Below are positions 36,901-49,100 of a stretch of 64,000 nt of DNA, piece after piece (position 1 is the stretch's first letter; each line of letters opens with the position of its first letter). The position numbers and the translations under genes were made by a program. The stretch spans positions 310,001 to 374,000 of the forward strand of contig JAQGDQ010000096.1 of the NCBI GenBank assembly GCA_030141605.1, written 5' to 3'. The notes under the pieces are model-generated. The model searched no databases. It saw only the letters and a list, made by a program, of their open reading frames with translations, and was not told the DNA's origin. Origin of the DNA: Tubiluchus corallicola (Eukaryota; Animalia; Priapulida).

Positions 36901-39900
36901 TTTTTCAGTATTAACTTTCGTTTTTTTAGTTAAGTTTGTATCTGTGCATGTTCTCTTAGTTGGCTTATTAATCTTTATTCTATAATGTATGTATGTTCCT
37001 TTTGTTAGTTTTATTCTATATGATTTAAAATTTTAAATTTAACTTTTACGTTGTCTTTTATTTGATACGTTGTTTTTATGTGTAAAATAAACTGATGATT
37101 GATTAATTTAAAATCTAAAAGCTTTTGATGCTATTAATCTATGTCAACCGCGTTAAAATAATACATATGATCAATATGTAAACAAATAATTGAACACAAT
37201 GGCATAATAGCAAATCGATACGAAAACTGCAATGCTTGTGATTTTAATCATTCTGTCCCAGAAGTACATCACAGGCCCACATAGGAACCAAAGTTGCTTA
37301 CCAATACAGCCCAGTTTTATGTGTTTTAAACCACGAAAACTTTCAGAAAAAAGCAAACAAAAAACTTTGGGCAGCCGTGTGCTTTCTTGAAAATTGTTTT
37401 AAAGTCATTACTAATTACTGATATGAGCCTAACGAGTTGCTCTTCCAGATCGCCTGGGCCTCCACTTCTCGTTTATGATACAGCATGCTCTTCCAGATCG
37501 CCTGGGCCTCCACTCCTCGTTTATGATACAGCATGCTGTTCCAGATCACTTGGGCCTCCACTCGTTTATGATACAGCATGCTGTTCCAGATCACTTGGGC
37601 CTCCATTCCTCGTTTATGATACAGCATGCTGTTCCAGATCACTTGGGCCTCCATTCCTCGTTTATGATACAGCATGCTGTTCCAGATCACTTGGGCCTCC
37701 ATTCCTCGTTTATGATACAGCATGCTGTTCCAGATCACTTGGGCCTCCATTCCTCGTTTATGATACAGCATGCTGTTCCAGATCACTTGGGCCTCCAGTC
37801 CTCGTTTATGATACAGCATGCTGTTCCAGATCACTTGGGCCTCCACTCCTCGTTTATGATACAGCATGCTGTTCCAGATCACTTGGGCCTCCACTCCTCG
37901 TTTATGATACAGCATGCTGTTCCAGATCACTTGGGCCTCCACTCCTCGTTTATGATACAGCATGCTGTTCCAGATCACTTGGGCCTCCACTCCTCGTTTA
38001 TGATACAGCATGCTGTTCCAGATCACTTGGGCCTCCATTCCTCGTTTATGATACAGCATGCTCTTCCAGATCGCCTGGGCCTCCTCTCCTCGTTTATAAT
38101 ACAGCATGCTGTTCCAGATTACCTGGGCCTCCATTCCTCGTTTATGATACAGCATGCTCTTCCAGATCGCCTTGGGCCTCCACTCCTCGTTTATAATACA
38201 GCATGCTGTTCCAGATTACCTGGGCCTCCATTCCTCGTTTATGATACAGCATGCTCTTCTAGATCGCCTGGGCCTCCACTCCTCGTTTATGATACAGCAT
38301 GCTGTTCCAGATTACCTGGGCCTCCATTCCTCGTTTATGATACAGCATGCTCTTCCAGATCACCTGGCCCTCCACTCCTCATTTATGATACAGCTTGCAT
38401 TATTTAAATCAATGTTTAGATTAAATAATAATTACCTCTGATAGCTAAATTTTGTTAAACTTTCAAAGCTACGCGCGGCTCATTGAATCCATTAAGACTG
38501 GCAATGGCGCATTTTTGTCACATTCGCATGGCCGACAAATAGGCGCGGTACCGTGATAAACAAGATCATGAACTGCAGTGTTCGTATGTGATGTCAATGT
38601 GACGTAGAACTCATTTTCATGACATCACATCAACGCCTTATAGCAACCTTCACTTATGCAAACGTGCTTTACTCGCAGGGAAGATGCTTACCATTGCACA
38701 AACTGTAGTTAGCTTGCCACGTAAGCGATTGGTGAACGTACGTGTTCGGTGGCGCCGTTAATTAACTTTTCAAGGTAATTATTCAAATATTACAAACAAA
38801 CGCTAACTTTTTAGGCAAGAAAATGTACATTTCGGACAGTAAGTAAAAATAAGATTGAGTCTAATCAATCGTCTGGTTTTACTTTAATACATACATAATT
38901 CCTGAGCTTAATACTAGAATGAAATGGAGCTTCTTGTCTTGATAATTGCTTGCCTGACACTCCGTCACTCTGACTTAACTGACGGAGTGGTTGACTGACC
39001 TGACTTCCTGCCTGCGTATGCTACTGGCTGACTGAGTGACAGACCGATCAACCAACCTCCCCATTGGCCAACTAAAAATGTTTTTGCTGAACATTCGTTT
39101 TAATTGTTGGCTAAGTATTAACAAGTATTTTGTAGTATCAGTAATGATTAATGCATTCTAGTTGTCACTGTCCCTACTGCTGACGATGACATAGCCATAA
39201 CTGTTGCTGTTGTTGCTGCTGCCACTGACACTATCGCCATTAGAGTTTCTACTGCTGTCACCACTTGCGCGTTGTTGTTGGTGTCGCTGTTGTTGTTGTT
39301 GACCATTCTAACAACTATTAGTAATTGATTATTTCATCACGTTTTAAATTTGTTCATTCGCTTGTTCATTTAATCATTTATCCGTTTTTTATTTATTTGT
39401 TTTATTTTATTTCTTTCGCACTCCTGGTTCACAGTTTCATAAAAATGGCAATAACATAATAAAATAGGATTATTAGACAGAGAATTATTTGCTCCTTTGT
39501 TTATTTATTTACATGTAAATTTGTTTGTTCATTGTAAACTGGGTGTGTTTATTTTTGTATGTTTGTTTGAACAAACGAACAAACATCATGTTATTTTATT
39601 GTTACACTATGTTGTTAAATAGTGATAGAGTATTTAAGCAGTGATGTTAACATTTTAAAGAATTTGCACCACACATGCATCGACAATGTGCTTACTTGCT
39701 GTGGATTTCCGGTTTTTCGATGTGCACTACGACTACTTACTATCCTGTCTTATTTTGCGCACTTTTGATTGTTTTGCCACGTTATTTTGATTTTTAGTTG
39801 TGGAGTTTTGATTTCTTGTTCAGAATAGTAAACTTTGGCTGGAAAGGTGGGGAAATTTCTGTTTACTCGCGTCAACGTAGGCTGAGGTTACATCAAAACT

Positions 39901-42900
39901 GATAAAAATCATAAAAGTGAAACAAGTATTACTGAAGCAGATATAAAAAAAGTCTTCAGAACAATCATCACTGTTGAAAATGGAAAATAACTTATCGATC
40001 TGAAGTTAAATGAGAGTGCTTCGATTCTGATATTACGAATAGCCTGTCTAAGTAAAGAAAGACGAATTACAAAGCTGGATTTACATAATGCCGGTTTCCT
40101 GCAAACAGATGAAATAAACCATCAGAATTCAGAAGTATTATGAATGTTCAAATCCATTAAACAAGAGTTTTTATCCTCAAATGTCCTCAACGAAATGCAA
40201 AACTATGAACGCACAAGTCCAGGAATGGATTCTGTGTGTAGAATCGCCTTTACACATCCAAAACTATATACGAATTTTCAGGAAAAACGAACCATGCAGC
40301 CATTTTTTTTAAAAAGTGGGCAACATAGCTAGTCTTATCAATTTGACTATGCTGAATCCAAAAAAATGGTTGCTTGCTTGACAAGTTAACAGAAAAGGGT
40401 CAAAAATGCAAAAAAAAACAAAATGGCTGACTTTATTCCAGAGTAGCTGGACCTAAGGAATCAATTTGTGTTACTTTTGTTTTAAAAATGACCGCCGTTT
40501 TCAAAATGGCCTCCACAGAAAACGAAATTATGCCAACTTAATAATTACATTTTGCTTTATTTATTACAAAAACAAAAAGCAATTATTTTTTATTAATTAG
40601 ACATTGCCAAATTTAAAAAACTGCTACTAGAACAATGGAATTCAACTTACACGGTCCAATGAGTAAAAACAAATGGCGCTGAGTTCCCCACATAATTGCT
40701 TTTAATAGACCAGCAGAATAGTGAAAAACTTCCTTATTTCGCATAAAAGTTATCCATCTGTGCAAAAGATATTATCTGTCTAAACAAAACTCTTTTTCAA
40801 CGTGACGTTATTAGTATTATTTCTCATTAAAATACATGTACGATTATTTGTTTATTTATTTTATTTCATACTCATAGTACACAGTTCCATAATAAAATTA
40901 TCAATACATGTATTTTACGATAAGATCTAAATAAAATTATTTACACACAAATACACTAAAATTTAAGAATTTAAAAACTTAAAAAGTTAAAGTTTGAAAA
41001 ACATAAATTAAGTTTGCTGGTAAGAAATTGCTGATTTATCTGCACTAGATTCAGAGAACACGCTGTCCTAATGGTAATGATCGTTCAGGCCATTCTATAA
41101 ATAAACTGTGTCATTGTTTTAGTAAATCAAGTCCCTGAATGTTTAATTCAGATTTTATTAATTAGTTAGATTATGACTGTGATTGCCGGAGGATTGATAA
41201 ACCATTGCGGTTCATTTTTAATAATTATTATGTATTGTGAATAATGAGTTGGAGAAAGAAAGGAGACGAAGAGAAATTGTGGACTAGTCAGAATTGCTAC
41301 TAGTTCAACATGACAGAGCAGGCCCGAGATTTCCTCTTTCTACTACACAATTTTTTAGCGTCTCATTTCTTTTCCAACTCATTACTCGCAATGACTAATA
41401 ATTGTTAAAAAATAAACTGCAATGGTTTATAAACCCTCTGGGAATCACAGTCATAATCTAACTAATTAATAGTGTCGTTAGCTACCAGCTAATTTGAGAA
41501 GAGTTTGTGATTTTATTCATGAAATTCCCCTACATTTTTCCAGATGCAAGTATTGAAGTAATGGTATTAAATCAGTCTGTACTTTTCTCACCACCCACAG
41601 GAAAACTCCCTGAAGACAAGCCAGCCTTCACATTTATTCGAATTGCTGACTTCTGTAATGTGCGCATGCAGCGAAACATTACATTTTATCAATTACAATT
41701 TAGAATCGCTAAATTATTAAACAGATTCTTCGCAAAATTGCATTACACGTTTCTCGCACAGCCAATAAAAGCAAAAACACATAAATCAAGGCGATACGCA
41801 TTATTGTATTTCACTGTGTTTATTGCTATAATATGATTTATGTTTTAGCGCTGCGGAGTTTCCATACGTATTCGATCAAAAAAAAGAAACAGAAAACAGG
41901 CAGATTTCACTCGAATTAAAAAAATAAATTTTGCATTTATAATTTAAACGGTTTTAATGAACGGTATCAATGTCTGCAATAAGGTCTTTGTAGCCAGGTA
42001 ATCTTTCTATGCAGCCTACTTTGTACAATGAATGAAATTCTATTGCCGTTAAATTAAGTCGTTACTATATCTCTCAGTTGGTACTTTGTGTATCAAATAA
42101 GTATAAACTGTAAGATTAATTTAGAAGCTGTAAAAGTTTTGCTGTTTTAAGTTAGTGGCTTCATATTCAAGTAAGAGTATTAGTGGCTTCATTAATAAGA
42201 TGTTTATATGTAAAGCACACGTTGAAAGCCTAGCGAGTCATAAAAATACCGTACAATCGTCATTAACAAAAAATTTCTTGATTTTGGGTGACTTTTTACA
42301 GTCTCCTTAAAGCAAGAATAGTGATAATTCATCCTCGGGCTAAGAGCTAGGCCTGTAACTAAAAAAATTCTCTTAAGAAAGATAACATTGTGTCATACAA
42401 CGTCATGGAAATGGGATTATTTATTTTGTGGTGGTCATAACTGGAAATGCATCACAGACACTGCAGACTTCTGGCTGCAAACTGTCATTTTAGTTTTAAC
42501 AAATGTTTTTTTTGTGTATTTTAGCCAACAACAGTACCCGCTGCAATGTCTTTCCATCAAATTCCCAAGAAGAAGAACCGAGTGATTCTACTTCAAATAT
42601 TCCAAGTAAATATCATTTTTCTAATTTTTACTCTCTACGTGCAAAGACATAGTTATTACATTATATACCCTTTGCAGCACGAAAAATTGCCTACATTATT
42701 GAATCTCTTCAAGTATAAACTTGCCAAGGTATTTGCACAAATGAAAGTGTTGACGTGAACATTTTGCTTGATATGATATTAGACTTGTGCTTGCAGGCTT
42801 TATTTCTGTGTACCAAAGCATTTGAAAGCAGGTTTATCTTTCAGATTTAAATGATGTAGTATTTGAGTTGTAATTACAGTATACGGTAAAGGTAAATATA

Positions 42901-43063
42901 TTACTTGAGATCAGAGAGGGAATGAGAGCGCCTCAGATCTTCAATGTATTGCTTTTTTATTAAGAATATTAATATTTATTTTATTGCACCAAATATGGTT
43001 ATTTAAAACACACACATAAAACTACATAAGTTACTTTAAAATAGTTTAACGAGTATATATATA

Positions 43064-43134
<71 letters not shown>

Positions 43135-46100
43135 ACTCTAATGTTTAACTCTAATTGGCAAGAATAACAGGACCTTGCATTCATTAGCCACGTGCCCACT
43201 TTTAGTATTAAATAGAATAAAAGTAGCCTAAACAGAAATATCTGGCACTGTGTTGATAAACTTTTGGCAAATTAAATACACTAATAACTATGGTTATTCG
43301 TTCAATTATCATTATGTAGAACTGACTTACATTCAGATGTTTTCTTTTTTAAATTCCTAAAAAATTCGTATTTTTTTCAGATATGGTCCGCAGTGCCTGT
43401 TTCATTCAGCTATTTGGCTTCTTTCTGATCTTAGTCGCCATTGCACTCTGCATAGCAGGTCACGTACGACAACGACAACGGATCCTTATTTTAGTTTCGG
43501 GAATTATTTTTGTAACAGCAGGTAACATTTATTAAAGAGTTTACATGTACAAAATCTCGAAAACGCAGAAAGTTGGTTGGGGGCATTTAATAAATGTTCT
43601 CGTTTCCCCAAAAAACACCAACTTGAAGCCAATGCTTAAATATAACATAACATTAGTCATTTAACAGAATTACGTAATAGTAATTAGTGCACAATCTGTG
43701 TATTTCTCCTGTATAATGTTACGGTTTACTTATTTTATAGTTCCTGATTCAAGTATAACCGTAGCGTTATATATACAAAGGACCTCTATAACTAAATGGA
43801 CGTGACACATAAATTGTATCTACGCACTCAGGCCATCGCATATTCTGAGATAAATGATGAAGAACATAGTTTGTCTTACTAGTTTAAGTGATAAATTTTA
43901 GCATTAGTGCACACATACCCATTTCTGAGTTCAGAAGTGAGTAACACTTAAATACAGGATAAAAATATTCAAAAAAATAGAAAAACAATTGCATGTACAT
44001 GCGGGCATTAAGTTTTATTTCACATCATAACAATCACTTTGGCACTCACTGAAATCTTTTATGTAATAAGAAAATTACAAATATCTATCCAGTTAATCAT
44101 TTATCCAAGTTAAATTTTCAACACCCAATATTCTTGTCTACATGCGTTGTCTATTGTCATTCTTGAGAAACACAATTTTGATTAAATTTTCTTAGATTGA
44201 ACTTTTGCAATTTTTTTACAGTATGGTAAGGTTTTGTTGTTTTCTGATAATACACGCTTTCTTGACTTATGAATAATGTCATTTTAGTTATAGAGGTCAC
44301 TGTATGTACACGAGGAATACACACATTATACACTGATTAGATTATTATTGTGTAATTCTATTAAGTGAATAATGTTATATTATGAATATTAAGAATATCG
44401 GCTATATGATGAAGCCCTGCAGGAGAAACATGCGTACAACTTAAAAAAACTATTAAGAAAAATGGAAATACGAAGACTTACACGAAATACACAGTTGTTT
44501 AGATGTCACGAATATCCGCAAAGTCGTTTTTATTTGGTGCAGTCTTGCATTAGAATAATACAATCCAGAGTAATCCCTACCTAATGGGAATCGTCTATCC
44601 TCTGTAATCTATGGGTGAGTTTTATATATGGGCAGTTAAGCGTTCGCATTAGTTTTCCTCACGTTTTCAAACAAAAATGTCGATTAGTAGCAAATCCCCT
44701 TAATTTGTATCCTTCAGATGAACTTGCTTTACTACTCCATATTTAGTTAACTAAAGACCGCAGCTAAAGCAGGTTGGATCAAACAAATCTTTACAAATGG
44801 AAAAATAGAGCTGCTGTTTATTAGATATTTCGAGTCGCAAATTTTCATAGTGTCGCACAAATGCTGTTTTAATCATGATAAAAATAGGGATACCTAGATT
44901 ATGGTGACAATCTAAACCAGTTACTATATGGTAATTAAATCGTACCGATCGTGCAATGAAACTTTGTAAGGACTTGAACTACCTAATTCAATCTAAGACT
45001 TAAAATCAGCTCTCCTGAGACTTTGAGACTCTCCAAAAATGACACAAATTAGATTAAATTAGATGAAAAAAGCGTTGAATGACATTGTAGTCTCAAAGTA
45101 ATAATTTTTATTTCTTGCAGAAGCTTTCACACTAACGGGCTCATCATCTGAAAAAATTACAGATAAAATGTTAAAAACAGCCTATACTAGCCTGAACCAA
45201 GGATATTAAAAACAAAAATATTAGCTAAATATCACTGATTTAAGATACAATAAGTTGGAGAAAGAGTTACAGAAATAAATAAATAAAAATAATTATTTTA
45301 AGACTACAAGGACATTCAAGGTTTTTTCATCTAATTTAATCTAATTTGTGTCATTTTTCACTTTGGAGAGACGCCAATGATGTCTGACATCCTGAAAGTA
45401 ATTTTTTGAATAGTATCAATGTAGATGCAGCGCTTCAGAAAGTGCTGCAAGTTTAAAAACGTCTGAGAAATCACAACTAAGGTACTTGAGACTTTGTACA
45501 TTAAATGTTTCCCAAGGAAGATATTACCTTATTTTTACTGAGAAAACAAAATTTTTTGTTGAGTTAATATAGTGATTAAAAAAGCCAATATATACAAAAT
45601 TCTATTGTGAAAAATTCCAACAATTAAGAAAAGAGGAAAGACATGACGTTTCAAACTACCGTTATAATTTATCTGCAGGTGAAAAAAATTAGAAAGAAAA
45701 GGGAAAAAGTAAAATAAAATTAGAAACATTGGTTTTAGGAGAGTTTTTTACGTATTAGTAACAATAAAACTATCACACTTAAAAAGACTATGATCAAATA
45801 GAAAAGGCACGGAGACACAACGCTTAAAAGCACAAGGGAAAACGGGAAAACAAAATCTGTAACTACAACCTCAGAACCTTGGAGTGAGACACAACAGAAA
45901 CTTAAGAAACGTCTAACCCATGGATCTGCCTATACATTGTTGTGTTTTTTTCATTCTAATGCATGAATGGATCCGCCCCAACGATGCATATTCTAAATTT
46001 TTGCGTAAAATGGAATCACTACAACAGTAAACACTTCCCATGACTTTCTTATGGAAACCATTAACAAAGGAAAAGAACGTGCCAGACTAAGGACATTAGT

Positions 46101-49100
46101 ACTACCATTCTATAGTAGTGTTACATACAGGTCAAGCGTCAAGTTCGCAGATCAAATTAATTTGCAAAGAAGCCGTGATTAAGCGCTCAAAAGCTTGGGA
46201 CCTATTAACTTAATTTTATGCCAACTTGTGCGATTTTACCCATCGGCTCTCTGAGTCGGCAGTTGTAAAATGACATGTTTAAAAAATCAATTAACTAGCT
46301 ACGCTGCTTTAATTTCAGTTTTATCTTGAGAACTACGTCCGTCAAAAACTGAATAAAAATTCCACGGGTCTTATACTCAGTATAATAACCTATAGTTATA
46401 GGTTAATACAAGAAATAATTTCAGGCTTCGGAAATCGAATGCTATATTTCGCTCCTAAATCTAATAATTTCTTCCATTCAAAACTAATGTCGTCGAGTCG
46501 CGCTGTTGTCTGGCTTGAAACTTGGCCTATGTTTTAAAAATCAAAAGGTCGAGTTCGGAGATCGGATCAACTTGTCGCTCCCGTCTCGCAAACGGGCGCA
46601 TGCACAGTTACAGCTGGGTTCATCACAGTGTAGATCATAGCTTACCCTCTATTACCTATTCTGTGGGTCTCCAGTTCACAGCTGGCTGCACGATGCACCT
46701 TGTGTCTTACAACAGTGAAGGGCTGATCGTTGAAAGGATAAGCCCTTGCTGAGGCAACATTTGCTTGACTGAAGAAGCAAGGATCTACCCCAACTCTCCC
46801 CAATAAACTTAGTCTTACCAAATGTATTTATGGGCAATAAACTTCTATAACAACAACTTGTGGCGTGTTAGTTGCGTCGTGCAGCTTCTACTAAACAGCT
46901 TGTGGCGTGTTAGTTACAACGTATAAGTTATTTGCCGCGCTGTTATCAAGTTGGTACAGAAGCTAAGTCAGGGCTGAGTATTGCGGCATCTACCGGCAAA
47001 AATTCGTACTAAACATTTGTTTAAAAATTCTCAGCAATAAGACCAAAATTTTATTATTTTGTCTAGTACTTGAATCCACACTCGAATTAAGACACCACAA
47101 AGATCTTATTGATGTTTATAAAGCACTGACCAGGAAAGAAAAGTTAAACATTAATTCATTTTGCTTGAAAATTTCTTTAATTTATTTGTTTATTCAAAAA
47201 CCAGATGCCTTTTTTTAAAACGTTTTAAAGAGTTTTTTATATACTACCCCATTTTTAAGTCCGATAATAAGTATACATTTTAACACGATTCATACTGCAA
47301 AAGCATTTCTGATAATTAAATAATAGATTAAAAACTTAATTAACAGCGGGCAAGCCCAACTATTGATGACATCACAAACTAACATAATTTTCAACAGCAA
47401 AAACATTTCACGAGCGTGTTGCACGTGTTTGCGAAAGCGAAAATTGAAGTACAGTACTACTGTAAGATATTCAGTGTGTTGTACTAAAACTAGGCAAGTT
47501 TTAAAATAAAAATTCAAAATTCAAATTTACCGCTGTGCTCACGCATAAGCTGTCGAACGTGTGTAGTTCATCACAAACTAGCATATCTGAACTGAGAGGT
47601 ACAACACCTATTTTTGTGTAGGTGGTAGTGGCCTTCTAACTTGCGAATGGTGAAATGCATGTACAGCGAAGAACTAGTGACGCGAACGTGAAATTGTGTT
47701 TGTGTCAGTGGTAATAATTCTTTCACGCAAGTCATTTTTGAAAAAATAGTATGTTTCCTTTCAATATTTTAAAGAGCAGATTATTTTGACCTATAGTTTA
47801 AGATTGAGTCCGGTTTTGCTTTAAACATCATTGGTTTAAAATATAACGAGTTAGAGAAAGAGTATAAATGATTGCATAAGAAGAAAAACCAGAACTATAC
47901 AATTGAATATATCTGTTTTTTCTTACTTATGCAGTCATTTATGCATGACGCTTTTCTCTGTTAATGATGACAAGTCTCAGAAGAGCTCTCTCTCTCTCTC
48001 TCTCGTATTTCAGGAACTGATTACAAAACAGACAAGCTTGGTTGTTAAAAAGTTAAAAATACCGCAAACTGCAATATCACGCCTCTTCAGAGCGAGAGCA
48101 TTTCAAACAACAACCAGTTTATAGAGGCAGAGCTCAAAAAGACTAATTGTAGCTGAAAAAAGACTATTGTAGTTGAAAAATACTATTGTAGCTGAAAAAG
48201 ACTACTTTAGCTGAAAAAGGCTAATTGTAGCCGAAAAAAGATTATTGTAGCTGAAAAAACTGTTATAGCTGAAACAAGATTATTGTAGCTGAAAAAACTT
48301 TTATAGCTGAAAAAAGATTATTGTAGCTGAAAAAACTTTTATAGCTGAAAAAAGATTATTGTAGCTGAAAAAACTGTTATAGCTGAAAAAACTGTTATAG
48401 CTGAAACAAGATTATTGTAGCTGAAAAAACTTTTATAGCTGAAAAAAGACTATTGTAGCTGAAAAAGACCAATTGTAGCTGAAAAAAGACTATTGTAGCT
48501 GAAAAAAGACTATTGCAGCTGAAAAAAGACTATTGTAGCCGAAAAAAGACTGTTGTAGCTGAAAAAAGACTATTGTAGCTGAAAAAAGACTATTGTAGCT
48601 GAAAAAGACTATTGTAGCTGAAAAAAGACTATTGTAGCTGAAAAAGACTAATTGTAGCTGAAAAAAAGACTATTGTACCTGAAAAAAAGATTATTGTAGC
48701 CGAAAAAAGACTATTGTAGCTGAAAAAGACTATTGCAGCTGAAAAGGACTATTGTAACCGAAAAAACTATTGTAGCTGAAAAGGACTATTGTAGCTGAAA
48801 AAACTATTGTAGCTGAAAAAAGACTATTGTAGCTGAAAAAAGACTATTGTAGCTGAAAAAGACTACTTTAGCTGAAAAAGACTATTGTAGCTGAAAAAAG
48901 ACTATTGTAGCTGAAAAAAGACTATTGTAGCTGAAAAGGACTATTGTAGCTGAAAAAAACTATTGTAGCTGAAAAAACTATTGTAGCTGAAAAGGACTAT
49001 TGTAGCTGAAAAAAAGATTATTGTAGCTGAAAAAGACTACTTTAGCTGAAAAAAGGCTATTGTATCTGAAAAGGACTATTGTAGCTGAAAAAAAACTATT

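Noticed and set aside
37436-38397. CRISPR-like array or repeat-protein gene (ORFs of 246-310 aa)
   Set aside because: Units are contiguous with no unique spacers, there are no cas genes and the context is a eukaryotic intron; the ORFs follow from a stop-free 48-bp unit
39880-40143. Nearly open plus-strand frame (KSETSITEADIKKVF...)
   Set aside because: Internal stop, no recognisable family, no splice context
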